This document shows, piece by piece, positions 1 to 12,935 of a DNA stretch of 64,000 bases. Under the pieces are notes generated by a model. It worked only from the letters and a program-made list of their open reading frames with translations. It was not told where the DNA came from and searched no databases. The DNA is taken from the NCBI RefSeq assembly GCF_052425735.1, contig NC_135759.1, forward strand, positions 36,642,001 through 36,706,000, written 5' to 3'. This DNA is from Oculina patagonica. Lineage: Eukaryota. Position numbers and translations under genes: made by a program. Numbering within the stretch: position 1 is the stretch's first letter; each line of letters starts with the position of its first letter.

Positions 1-1900
1 TGAGAGTTTAAGGATCGAATTGTTGCGATTCGGAAAGACCGATATTTCAGTTCAGGAAAAAAACATGGGGTTTGTTTATAAAATAATAACTTTTTAACTG
101 AAAGAGATGTACACAAAGGGAAAAAGCTCAATTCTGATGTATCAAATAGCGATGTTAGTATTTTCACAAATCGGTTTTGGTGTTTTTTTGCTTAAAAAAT
201 CAATAATTTGCCAAAATTTTATACGGGCGCGTTGTCTAGTTAAGGTTGACGTTTGTAGTGTATTCTCTAGCATGGGCAAAAAAATAACCTAATTTCTACA
301 TAAACGCGCCGGGACTGTTTGGAAATTCAAATTTCGGGTAATGTTATGTCACACATGACGGTTCATGAAAGCTGACAAACATTTAAGTTCACGCTATGAG
401 ATTTTAATTTGCGAAGGATGACATCCCTGGATAATGAGCCGGGTTCATTATACTCTGGTGGTCTGGCGCATTAAGCCGATTTTGAGTGATGGTCTGCGGG
501 CACACTCTTTAATATCTGGCGGTTTACAGTAAAAAAAAAAAAAAAAAAAAAAAATTTATGGCGGTCTCGGTCTTCAGGAACAAGAACATTGAGAAGCTTG
601 AGAAGCTTAAAATCGGGCGCTTTGCCTTGAAAGGCAGGGTTCAGTACAGCAGAAACCACGAAGCAGTTACTTAAGTTAAGCACTCAGTCCAACTGTGTTT
701 GTGTAAGTCACAGGGCTTGCATGAGCTGTATTAGTGTGCATAATATAATATCTAGAACGTTGTCGAGATTGCATTATTACTTAAAGACATGATGGTTTCA
801 ATTTATAAATGTATCTCACACAATACAAATAAACGATTGAAGTAGACGAATAGACAATGTAAAGTTTTAAGACTTAGCAAAGTGCAGTGTACTGGTAATA
901 CTGTAAGGTGAGGTTTCACCTGAAGGTCGTGTGCTTTTCGGTATTTTCCAGGCATTGCACTTTGATGGGACAGTACTACAACTGTTTACCGGGGAACTAC
1001 TATTGTCAAGAAAATGATCACAACTTGTTGATGAATGATTGAACATTTGTTTCATACCATTACTGTAATAGCAATTGATGAAGGCTTTTAGTCCTGAACC
1101 AAAGTATAAGGACTGGGAAATACTGAAACCCATTATCAGCCACCTTAAACGGAAATATCTTGTTGGTGTTTCAAGGAATCCAAGGAAACTTCACTCATCC
1201 CATGTATCTATGTATTGCGGTATTTTGTAATTTTTTGAGTGATTTTTGGGGATGTTTGGCAGGTGATAGTTTTTTTAAAAGAATTAGTAAAATTTAGACA
1301 ACTAAGAAATATTGAAAATTTAATGTGAATTTAACATTGGAATTTGAAGTTAGAAATTGGCAGACGGACACCAAACAGCCCCGTGACATCCTGGAGTGTT
1401 TTTGCATGGGGGTCAACTGTGTGATGATGTTTCCATTTTTTTCTTCAATCCCCACTGATAAAGAACTGTTGTTGGTGTTATGTTGGTGTTATCACATGTC
1501 AAGCCTTTAACAAGGTATGAAAGAACACAAGGATTTAAATTATTCTGGTGCTCAATTTTTGCGTAACTAAAATTAATGTTACTCAAATTCCTGATGGATT
1601 CTGTCTTAAACTGTTACGAGCTTAGTATTTCCAAATTATTGCATGTCAATGTAAGGCAAGACAAGACATGCCTTGGTTCTTATGTAATTCTCTTAAAAAC
1701 ACATAAGATATTGACTATAATTTTGTCTGTGCTATGGCAATTCACAGTGGGGTGGTCTTGATGTGTCTTTAACTTGTAGACTGGACTGGACTAGTAAAAC
1801 GCGGACTAGTAAAACGCGGACTTGTAAAACGCCTCTAGACACTTCGAATTCCTTGGCCACAATCATCTTACGGCTCTCTTCAATACATAATGTCTCAAAA

Positions 1901-2165
1901 AAACAGTAACCTCAGAAAGAAGTCAGAAGCAAATAAGGTCGAAAGACCGAATTTGAACATATAACGGCAAATGTTCTAATGTCACGAACGTAGGAGTCGT
2001 GTAGGCCCGTCACCTTTATTTACCACATACTGCCCCCAAATTAAAACAGTACCCTCAGAAAGAAGTCAGAAGCAAATAAGGTCGAAAGACCGAATTTAAA
2101 CATTTAACGGCAAATATTCTAATGTCACGAACGTAGGAGTCGTGTAGGCCCGTCACCTTTATTTA
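1901..2165. repeat. Direct duplication of about 120 bp (period 143)
   Basis: AAACAGTA..CTCAGAAAGAAGTCAGAAGC...GTCACCTTTATTTAC at 1901 and 2044, nearly identical. Confidence 0.9.
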
Positions 2166-2460
2166 CGATTGACTGTTGATTTCTGGACGGGCCCCGTTCT
2201 ACCTCGTGCGAGCAATAAAAACGACTGCACTCAACAGACGTCAAGTAGTGGAAAGAAAGAAACATATGCACACAACTCATAGCATCAATCCCGTTGTTTT
2301 AGTAGGGGTTTGCAGAACGAACATGTGCTATACTGCAAAAACATCTCCACGCTAAAACAGACCATAGAGTGCTCAAAAAAGCTAGAAATATGCCGTCGAA
2401 GAAACACACAAGAGCTTCAAACACAAATTGTTTCGCTCGCTAAACCGTTTAGTTTTATTC

Positions 2461-2715
2461 GATTTACAAGCGCTTGTTTTACAAGTCCGCGCTCTACAAG
2501 TCCGTGCTTAACAAGCCCTCGTTTTACAAGTCCGCGTTTTACAAGTCCGCGTTTTACTAGTCCGCGTTTTACTAGTCCGCCTTTTACAAGTCCGCGTTTT
2601 ACCTGAGTCCGCGTTTTACTAGTCCGCGTTTTACAAGTCCGCGTTTTACTAGTCCGCGTTATACTAGTCCGCGTTTTACAATTCCGCGTTTTACTAGTCC
2701 GCGTTTTACTAGTCC
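2461..2715. repeat. 15-bp minisatellite (TTTTACTAGTCCGCG)n, about 16 copies
   Basis: Directly visible tandem array. It produces the spurious TSPRF-repeat ORF 2310-2606. Confidence 0.95.
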
Positions 2716-4314
2716 AGTCCAGTCCTCAAAATACAGTATGCCAAAACTCCCCGCCCTCTAAAGATAAGTCCTTGACGGTTCTTGTCGTTTTTCGGTGCCT
2801 ATATATTCATCTTCGGCATCTTTCTCATCCACCTCTCGTTCTGTCCTGTGTCTGTCATCACACGAAAGAAAAGCTGATTCTCAAAAAATCTGCCACAAAA
2901 GGAAATTGACAAAAACAATATGAAAACCATATATCGAAAGTTTCTTATTCTAAAATTTTATCATACGTCTTAATTCAGAGCTACAAAGAAGTTCCTCCTT
3001 TTGAGTTATTGATACTGTTCTTACAGTACCTCTTTCCACTAGCGAAATTTTACAAAATTCCTTCGCGGCGAAAAGGTAGCGCGAATCCAGAACAGACTCC
3101 AATCGAGAGTGGGTTAATTCTAGATTACTATTAATTAACTATTACAACATTCATTTTTAAAATAGTTTCCCAAGCCGACTAAGCTAACTAAACGTCGAGT
3201 GTATCTTTCAGTAAACAAAACATGCCGTTGTGACGCCGGAAATCCAGCTCACGCATACTATACCCCGTGACTCACGCAAACCTCCGACTTACGTGATACT
3301 ACAGTCATTCCTTTCTAAACATTTTTTTTTTGACCACCACCGTACCTTTCTACCCAAAAAACTCATGAAACCGCCCGGTTTTAACCTGTTTTAACCTTTC
3401 AAAAATTAGAGCGTTCGAAACTAAATAAGATCCGTAATCACAAACAACATACAGCCGTTTACCAGCACTCTTTAAAACTCCTGAAACCCTTCAAAATCAG
3501 GCAAAATAAATCTTTGAAATAACCTTTATCAAAGTTTCTAATTTTTTATTCAGTTCTATAAAATGCCTTTCATACACTACTGTCAAACAAAAATTTCAAT
3601 TTCCTCAAAGTTTCAAGACAAAAGAATAACAAATATTTCGTGCACAATGTAATTTGATTAACCCAATATTATCACGTCTAAAAATACTTCAAGCAATTCA
3701 GTGAAAACCCGTTTTTTTTTTCGTATCAACGAAAACCACTTTCGAATAATCAATACATGAAAATAACAATAAGATCAAAAGGAAGAAAGGAACCTTTCTA
3801 ATTATTTGAAGACTTTCAAAGCCGCGATATTATGCATCCAATCCGCGATAAAATTTAATTACAACAAAATCCAAGTTCTCATTTTGAATTCCATTTTTTT
3901 CAGTTGATACCTTTATCCAACTTGTGAAAAATTCCATTCAAGTTCCTATTAATACTGTACATTCCCAATGTTTTGCTCAGGTCTTCAGAAGCGTCTTACT
4001 AACCAAATCTAAAATAATTCCAAAACATGCTGTACAAACATTCTACTCTTTGTGACAAACGACTTGACGACCAATTGTTCAGAAATGAAAATCGACACAG
4101 TTCTTGCTAAATAAAAAAAAAAGTTTTACGGCGGAGTCAGGCTCAAAAAATATACCGCAAGATCACACCCCCATTCATAGTCAGAAACCAGCAAACCATC
4201 TAGTTTGCTAAAAAAAAAAACACTGCGTGACATCAATGACGTTACCTTTTTCATTTACAAAAATAACTTTAACTTGTCAAAGTAAGTGCAATTTCACAAT
4301 GGTGAATATCAGTA

Positions 4315-5933
4315 CAGTATGGGGCCCAGTTCTCGGCCACTTTGTGTTTAACGCGTTTTTTCACACTCCAGTTGAATCAAAAGAAAAAGGTATTTCCTTC
4401 AAACGATAGACTGATTCATGTGCTTTAAGTATCTTGAGTTTGATCGTTCAATTCGATATAGAAAGCTCACACGTCGAGTTTACGCGGAGGTAGGTGAATT
4501 TGCATTCCCAAAAAAGTTGTTTGTTTACGGCTCCAAATTCATGGATGTAGTTAAATTCGTATTTTATCCAAAAGCCCCCACCATACGAGCTAATTTTTGG
4601 CATGTGAAACGTAGAATAATTCAGCTTTCTGCTTTAGTTAACTTTTCGTTGAACCGTTGTATTTTTTGGTCTTAATTTACTTCGAAATTTTTTCTTGCGA
4701 CGTTTGCGTATTTGCCAGTTCTCGGCCACCCTGCTCGCTATTACAGCTTAGCGCTTGGTTTTTAATATAATTTCATCTGCTGCTGCCAGAATGAAAGAAA
4801 TAAATGTTTTAAAAATAAAGTTCAATCTTATCTCTAAGTTTTGAGCTGACTCTTGTCTTGTCTATTATTTCTACAACACCTAAATCTTTCAAGACCTTTT
4901 CACTGCAAAATAAACCATCTAAATGCACGGGTCACACAATGCGGTTTTGCCAGAACCTGCACATAGGCAACTAGGCGCGTTAAAATCCTTCTTTTCTAAA
5001 GTAAAACAAAGCATCATAAAAATAATTTGGGATCGATATAGTATAAATAGGTTTACAGAGTGATTTTATGACTGTGAAAATTAATTGAGCATTTTTTACA
5101 GATAATTACGGACAAGCTTTTTAGTGGCCGAGAACTGGGCCAAGATTGCCGAGAACTGGGCCCACAAATGGAGCTTTTATTTTTATTATTGCTCGGGCAA
5201 ATTAATTTTTGACCGGTCGATAGCTTTACACCAAAAAGCTGAATAATGTAGCTAGCTCTGGGAGAAATTTCAAGTTCCTGCAGTTCTTCTGAGGTAAGAA
5301 ATACAAGTTTACGTCAAAAGTGGCCGAGAACTGGGCCAAGGTGGCCGAGAACTGGGCCCACAAATGGAGCTTTTATTTTTATTATTGCTCGGGCAAATTA
5401 ATTTTTGACCGATCGATAGCTTTACAACAAAAAGCTGAATAATGTAGCTAGCTCTGGGAGAAATTTCAAGTTCCTGCGGTTCTTCTGAGGTAAGAAATAC
5501 AAGTTTACGTCAAATGTGGCCGAGAACTGGGCCAAGGTGGCCGAGAACTGGGCCCACAAATGGAGCTTTTATTTTTATTATTGCTCGGGCAAATTAATTT
5601 TTGACCGGTCGATAGCTTTACACCAAAAAGCTGAATAATGTAGCTAGCTCTGGGAGAAATTTTAAGTTCCTGCGATTCTTCTGAGGTAATAAATACAAGT
5701 TTACGTCAAAAGTGGCCGAGAACTGGGCCAAGGTGGCCGAGAACTGGGCCCACAAATGGAGCTTTTATTTTTATTATTGCTCGGGCAAATTAATTTTTGA
5801 CCGGTCGATAGCTTTACACCAAAAAGCTGAATAATGTAGCTAGCTCTGGGAGAAATTTTAAGTTCCTGCGATTCTTCTGAGGTAAGAAATACAAGTTTAC
5901 GTCAAAAGTGGCCGAGAACTGGGCCCCATACTG
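4315..5933. mobile_element. Non-autonomous Tc1/mariner-pogo-like DNA transposon
   Basis: Perfect TIR CAGTATGGGGCCCAGTTCTCGGCCACTT / AAGTGGCCGAGAACTGGGCCCCATACTG with TA on both sides. No transposase ORF. Confidence 0.85.
5123..5925. repeat. 196-bp tandem repeat, 4 copies, inside the transposon
   Basis: Units start at 5123, 5319, 5515 and 5711 and are near-identical. Each holds two copies of GTGGCCGAGAACTGGGCC. Confidence 0.95.
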
Positions 5934-7755
5934 TACTTTGCCCCGTAAGCTTTTTTCTCTGTCCTTCCGCCGAAGCAAAAAACACAACCTGATTACACAT
6001 TAACCCAAAAGTCGACCAAGTGTGCCTGCAACGATTTCCTGTCAAAACTAAAATGAAAACCATTGCGGTATGCGTCACCCGTAGCGGTTTTGTAGCAACC
6101 CCGAGCTATCTCCGTCTTTTTGGCCGCGCCAGGAGACTACGCTCTAGGACGACCAAAGGGTAAACCTTAAATCGGCCACGCCCGATTAAAAAATAAAATA
6201 AATTTGTGGTCTAGGATGAACAAAGTACGGCGGTCTGCGGACTGTAATCTAAAAGACCCCCGATAATGAACATTTGGCTCGATCTTGTCATTCGTTTTGG
6301 GAACAGAGACACTTTGTTAGCAATTTCACCGGCATCCAATAAATTGATTATCATTATCATCATTATTCAGATTAGGACAGGTAATTTTCTGGCGTCGGCA
6401 GGAATAATTTCCTTTCAGTTAACTTAAACTGGATTTTACTTAAGCGCAATATTGCTTTGTTAATTTAAGTGTTTTTCAATGAAATTTCTCCATGTTTTTT
6501 CGGTATCCAATAATTAGCATTGCAAGGAGATGAAATGTTTTATAACTTGAGGCTTATTTTAAAGGGTTAATGTGTCAATGTTAAAATGATTACGGAAATG
6601 ATTTTGGAGATATAATGTTTATGGTTTTCAAATGTTAAAAGGCTTGTTGAAATAGATCTGAAATTCACGGCAGCAAATGTAGGTTTCCAATCTATTGTAG
6701 CATGCTTTATCAGTTTTATGGGTGTAGTGCGTAAAGACGTCTCTTTATTTAGGCTCTATTTTGACTACTGTCTGATTGAATTGGTTACTTGGAAGTCGTT
6801 CTACTGTTTGAAGCACTTTATTCTGACTCTTACTTTTATTGGCTGTTATCTCGGCGTTAAGCGAAGGAATAAAATTACATGTGCACAATGTGCGATCAAT
6901 TTGATGCAAACGACACTTGATAATTTTCTGAGTCAGACCCTTCGTCGGTGTCTCTTTATGAAGCGAATTAATTACTTTTGTATAACTGAGAGCTACTGAG
7001 TCTATAGTACTGAAAGTGATGTCTAAGAGCGCTACGGATAGATGAGCTGTTTGCAGGCTATGACAAAAGAAAACATATCTTGCAACAGCCTAGCGTCAAA
7101 ACCAATATTTGAGATCGCGTTCCCCTTGAAAGACAATTTCATGATGAATTCTCAATAGTTTTTGCTATACAACCTCCATCATGCTTATTTAAAAAATATC
7201 ACAGCTATAACCCCTATTTTTATATTATTTCAAGTGTCCCAATTACGTTTTTACAGCTTAACACCTTGGCACTTGAATTAAGTTTCTATTTCATACACGT
7301 TTTCATATGGGTCCCGGCCTAAGAAAAACACTAGAGGGTCTTGTGTTCTCCTGAGATCCCCAATTGCCGTGGTAACACGGGACCATTTTACCCAGAGAAA
7401 TGAGAGGTTTCCCTGGGAAGCGTGTTAGTTTTTTTTCATGTGTAACTGACTTTATATATCAAGGGGAAAATCTACCCAGGTAAATTTGCATAGCTGTGTT
7501 GTGTATGGTAGGGTCGTTCTGGTTACCAGGTAGATCTATATCTACCAATGAGAAGTCGAGTTTTGAACCAGTGCACCTGGTGTGTATGTTTGATGGTTCA
7601 AAAAATACGCATTTGATCAAATAAAGACTTCCGAACGCTAAGTTTGAAAAATTCATGTGGTTTTTAATGTACGCGGCAACAAAATTCACTGTTTCCCTCG
7701 GGACCAATCCTATTTCCAAGGCCGAGCCGAATGAAAAACAACTAAAGGAGATATA

Positions 7756-7926
7756 CAGTCGAATTCCGATAACTCGAACCTTCAAGGGAAATCGCAAAAG
7801 GTTCGAGATATCGGGAGTTCAGTAATCGAGGGTAAAATTAGAAGAAAAGACCTGAAGGGAATTGAAAAAGGTTTGAGTTAGCGGGAGTTCGAGTTACTGA
7901 GGGTTCGAGTTATCGGGATTCAACTG
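7756..7926. mobile_element. Pogo/Tigger-like MITE
   Basis: TA|CAGTCGAATTCCGATAACTCGAACC ... GGTTCGAGTTATCGGGATTCAACTG|TA, with internal TTCGAG(A/T)TA repeats. Confidence 0.85.
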
Positions 7927-8033
7927 TAACTAAGAAAATTATCCTGGTTTTTAATATGAATTCAGAATCATTAAAACAGCAACAAGAACGTCATCCCCCA
8001 AGAAGATTTAATAATCAATACAATGGCTCTGCA

Positions 8034-8235
8034 TGAGAGGGGGGGCCTAATGGTTAGCGCGCCGGACCGGGCGGGCGGGTTCGCCCTGGGGGACTGTGTT
8101 GTGTTCTGGGCAAAACCACCCAAGTGCCCCTCCACCCAGGGGTGTGGGGGGCCGCGAGGACAGCACCCACAGGGGGGGGACCCAGGGCAGGACCGGGAAG
8201 CTCCGGCAGAGCGCCACTGGCTCGAAGCTGACCTT
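8034..8235 (+). mobile_element. tRNA-derived SINE with perfect 15-bp TSD; body shortened by many small deletions
   Basis: TACAATGGCTCTGCA at 8019-8033 and 8236-8250. A-box-like GGCCTAATGGTTAG, GTGTTCTGGGCAA core and ACCTTT tail. Colinear with the SINE at 16250. Confidence 0.8.
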
Positions 8236-10391
8236 TACAATGGCTCTGCAGGTGTATTGTACATCTGGGTGGATTTCCTCTCCAAACAACAATGAACGTG
8301 AAATGACCATATTTCTGCGTAAGATTGTTTTGCTTATTCACCTGCATGGTTCTAACATAGATAGACACACTGAACAGACTGAGATAACTACACGATTTTT
8401 TTTTATCAAAGCTGTTGGCGGTGTTGCCGTCGTGGTAATGCTAAAGTTCCCTGAATTTTACAATACTGCAGCTCAAGGCGCTCGCAATCGACTCGCAAGG
8501 CCCAGTTCTTACCGGTCGGTACGCCTGACTACAATTAAATGATAACAATTAAGCATGTTTCTATTCTCAACCTATGGGAGTTATGGAGTAATAAAGGATA
8601 TAAAGGTCTCCCAATTAAAAACGACGTTTTGGTCGTGAAAATTAAATACAATTTATTTCCATACACACGTTTTGCTTTGATAAAAGACTGTCAGTTACAA
8701 CAAAGGCTCTACGGGTTTTCAAGTATGAATGGTTTTTAATGAATTTACTAATGCATTTAAAGTGAAGCAGTATAGGCGTATAGTCATTTTTTCAGTAGAA
8801 ACCTAATCATTGCGCCTTTAATGTTAGCATGTCTATCCTTAAGCCCCGCGTGTGTGAAGTAGCTAAAACACAGCAAAGAGAGAAAAGCCGTTTTATTCCA
8901 ATTTATTGTTTTTCTTCTAACAGCGTGAGACATCAGGTCTTATTTCGCAACACCCCTTAATGCACGCCACTGGGGCTTGTGATGAAGGAACACGTAATTG
9001 TTTTTTCCTTCCCAATTTTAATCCCCTTCCGTAAAATTTTTCACATTTTCTCGCCAATTGTTAATTTACATATATAACGACAACTGAATTATATTCATAG
9101 TATTTTAATAAAAACATAACTTGTCTGTACCCGTCCAGCAACTGATAAAAGCGTTTGGCTGGCTGCCTACTAGTCAATAAAATACGCTGTATGTAATTAA
9201 TTTCACCTGCGTTGTTATAATAAGCGAATAAATTTAAATAGGTGACACGTTTGGAAACTGAGAGGTTTCTTACGTCCGCAGTAATTAATCGGAGAATACG
9301 AAGGTAGGAGCCGCGATAAGTTTGTGAGGAAAAAAAACTTCGACAAGTAAAGTCAAAGATGGCGTTTGCAAGCGAAGGTGAAAGAAAGAGTTGAATAGTA
9401 AGTACATAAGTCAGTTGTTCGCTGTTTTGCGGTGACACAATATGTGTTGGTGAAAACTGTTTCCATTTAGAAGCTTTTAGTATTGAGAAAGTTACTTGTA
9501 CAGTGATAAATACTTATTAATAAATATCTGCTTAAGTTAAATATAGTTAAAATAGATTCGCCTTCAACAGTGAAAGGCGGTTAAACTGGAAGAAGAGCAT
9601 TTCAAAAGTCGCAGTGTGTCCAAGCGACATCAGCACGGTGTTACTCGAACAAGCTGCTCGTCTTCACTCGGTATGATTTATTTTATTTCTTCAACGGTTA
9701 CCTTAGTGCGGTAAACAGTGACATGACGAGAAAAGAACACAGACCGAACAACTGAACTCAGTTGTTTTTGGGGAAAAATGGGTTAGAAATGAATGTTTTT
9801 TTCTCGACAATTCATGTTACAATTAATTATCTGCATCTCTTTGACAAGTCATCTTTTTGAAACATTGACGCCAGGTTGAAAAAAAGTATTCTTCTATATG
9901 GCTCGACAAAGTCAATATGACAAATTGCGAAAAATGGTCGGTCAAATAGAGATTGCAGTTCGTACACGTTCGTTTGTGGAAGATTTCCCATTCACTGCAT
10001 GAAAAACGGACTTATCGCAAAGACATTTGTCACATTTTACCACACATTAGGATACACAAACGGTGTAAAACGGTCGCTCGGGCTATTCTGCAATAACGAC
10101 TGAATGCTATGTGTGCTTGCTGAACATGGATGAACTTGATTCAAAGTTGGTTCGAGTCCACAGTCAGCATCTGAGTTTCGTGAAGAGCCATCTTTTTACA
10201 TGGAAATGGAATCACGCACGGAACAATGGCGTCCGACACGGCGGGCATCTGGCAAAATGAAGTAGCCTGGGCGCTCGCCTTTCAATGTGACCGCTCAGAA
10301 TCGATGCGCTTGCTGATTGTCTAGTTATGACACTACGCGTGCCGGTGTGCGACAAATGTAGACTGCAGCGGACTTGTGTGTGTGCACTGCG

Positions 10392-11082
10392 GTTAACCTG
10401 AATAGCACCCCAGTAAGCCTGAATAGCATTCCAGCTAGCCTAAAATTACTCCAGTTAGCCTGATAAGCACTCAAGTTATCCGGACCAGTTAGTTTTACGT
10501 CGCGACAGCTGTTTTCCATTTACCACATGCGACACTGCGGACGCCATATTGGAAACTATCGCAGTGTTTACTCAAGGAGAATAGCATTTTGGGATACTAA
10601 TCGTCGATTAGCGAGACAATACAAGTGGTTTTACACTAAGTACTAACCGTTAATCGGCGATTAACTAATCGCACCTCTAATCAGGCTTTGAAGAACGTTC
10701 TCAATTCCACCGATTAGCTAACCCGGTGTTAGTGATTTTAATCGACGATTAGGCTTAATCGTTGGTTAGTTTAATCGGAGTTTTGAACAACCGGGCCCTG
10801 GTTTATAGCCTGAATAGCACTCCAGTTTGGCTGAATAGCACGCCATTTAGCCTGGATAACACTCCAGTTAGCCTAAAATTACTCTAGTTAGCCTGATAAG
10901 CGCTCCAGACAGTTATCCTGAATAGCATTCCTGTTAGCATGAATAGCACTGCAGTTAGCCTAGATAGCACTCGTGTTAGCCTAGATAACACTCCAGTTAG
11001 TCTGAATAGCACTACGCGTACGGTTAGCCTAAAAACACTCCAGTTAGTCTGAATAGCACTACGGTTAGCTTGAATAGCACTC
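10392..11082. repeat. 21-bp minisatellite (GTTAGCCTGAATAGCACTCCA)n interrupted by an insert of about 320 bp
   Basis: Units at 10392-10480 and 10801-11082. The intervening DNA ends in a TIR-like TTGAACAACCGGGCCCTG. Confidence 0.85.
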
Positions 11083-12385
11083 TCATTTAATGGTCATGGT
11101 AACACAATATATATGCTAAAAAAATTCTGCATGTCTGCAGGTCTGCGGTCTCCATTTGTTGCACATCGTATGCTTGCTGTGTAGAACATTCTAGTCTATT
11201 GATAAGTAACCCGATTAATGAAAAACTTTTGCTATCTCAGTTATTGAAGGAATGCTGAATCTCCTAACCTAACACAAATGAAAAGTGTTGTATACAAATT
11301 AAATTAACGTGCATTAGAAAATAGCTAACGATTCGAAAAGACAGCGAAGGTATCGAACAGCCTGATCTACGAAATGTTATTCGTTAAATTGCTAACATAT
11401 ATAATCTAATTTACAGTGAATTTTGAATCCATGTTAAGATAACTTAAACCTATTCAAATTACCTTTGTCCACTTGAAGTTTAGCTTTTTCAGTATACTGT
11501 ATGGTTGAGCCTGTAAATCTGAGTAGATGAAACATCGGAACGTTGCATGAATGGTATTATATTGATCTATTTAACTCGCATAAATAGAAACTACATTAAC
11601 TAGAGCTTATGTTAGCAGTTTTAAATTTATGCAAGCGAACTGCTTTTTATCATCAAGTTAAAAGAGAGTGGCCATTTTATTAAGGCGATGTTTTTTAAAA
11701 AATTAACATATTCGTGAATTACCTTCGCTGAGGTTAAATTTGCGCATAGGTGTGAACAGGGTGTGAATGTTACATTTTTGGTGAATTTTTAATGTGGTAA
11801 AACTCAAAGAATCTCAAGATCGTGCAAACTAGTTTGCTTTACGATTTTGAATTCAGATAGAGCAATTTCCTCCTTATTCATACCTAACATGGTTTTCATT
11901 TATGTACTTTCTCTTCCTTCTGTTGAGCAAAAAAGGGAAATTCATAATGATTAGCCAACAAGTCATTTGTAGCGTTTGTTTGCATTGTAAAACGAATTTT
12001 AATGAATGTTAAATATTTTGATACCATAGTTGCCTTGAAAAGTGAACATAACAAATAAGTAGAGCTCAAGTGACAAATGGTTCGTAAATATAAATGCATT
12101 AAGCCTTAGAACCTCGCAAATGATTAAGTTGATGATATATGTAGCATTTTCTAAAGAGCGTGTACTAAAACTGTCAGAAACTGGTGAACAACGGTACCAT
12201 AATCCTTTTCTAACACCAACCGCATAATTCGCTTTCTATTCTTTTGTTTTTTCAGCCAGAATAAGGAAGCACTTTTTTAAAACAAAATGTCACACTACAT
12301 CTTTTTACAATATTTAAAAGGTCTTTATCAATAGAGACAGAAATTTTATGTCTTTTAAATAAATCAACAAAGATGGCATTAATGT

Positions 12386-12548
12386 CATCTTTTTGTGTCA
12401 TCAATCAGTATTCCAGAATACTTACAATTGGGCGGGGAACAGTTGAAAAGTAATCATTTTGATGTTCATCTTTTTGTGTCATCAATTAGTATTCCAGAAT
12501 ACCTACAATTGGGCGGGGAACAGTTGAAAAGCAATCATTATGATGTTC
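12386..12548. repeat. 81-bp tandem duplication upstream of GPCR1
   Basis: CATCTTTTTGTGTCATCAAT...GGGCGGGGAACAGTTG...GATGTTC twice. Each copy has a GC box (GGGCGG). Confidence 0.9.
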
Positions 12549-12935
12549 TGACAGAAAGACATTAAAGCCCGCTTTTAGTTCGGTCAAGAGCCTACTTCAG
12601 CAAATAAAATGAAACAAAAGAAATAAAGCAAATAGCTTACAATAAAAATGTCACCTCTTTGTCTTTCGTTTAAGCTTAAAGTAGCAGCTGGCAAAACAGC
12701 CGACTAAACCCTTGACAAAAGTTATTTTATTAAAAGAGAGATAAGATGAACCCCAAATCAGGCACGTTCACGATATTTTTTCTTTAAGGCTATTTGCTAT
12801 ATTTAAGGTCGTCGACGTCAAAAGGATCACTAAGGAAATTCTTATTATGACCGTCAGTCAGTTACACAATTCGACTCGAATAACTTCTTTTGCATGTTTT
12901 ATTTCAGAAATCACTTCTGCTAAACTGTAAACAAC

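Larger units (their letters stand above)
1778..2742. mobile_element. Non-autonomous TIR element whose ends are inverted arrays of a 15-bp unit
   Basis: Left end GACTGGACTGGACTAGTAAAACGCGGAC (about 3 units) is the reverse complement of the right end GTCCGCGTTTTACTAGTCCAGTCCAGTC. The outermost left terminus appears lost. No ORF. Confidence 0.7.

Noticed and set aside
880-1010. Possible PHD-finger remnant (VQCTG/YCKVRFHLK)
   Set aside because: It needs several frameshifts and is too short to support without a search.
2310-2606. ORF with TSPRF repeats resembling a kinase-substrate or CTD repeat
   Set aside because: It is the translation of the 15-bp terminal array of a MITE, has a non-ATG start and shows no gene context.
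5123-5925. CRISPR-like repeat-spacer appearance
   Set aside because: The spacers are identical to each other, there are no cas genes and the context is eukaryotic. It is a tandem repeat.
6925-6952. Possible second hammerhead or Penelope end on the minus strand (CCGACGAAGGG...CTCAGAAA)
   Set aside because: The core boxes are mutated and there is no helix I.
8023-8542. Cluster of overlapping GC-rich ORFs
   Set aside because: They arise from the eroded SINE sequence.
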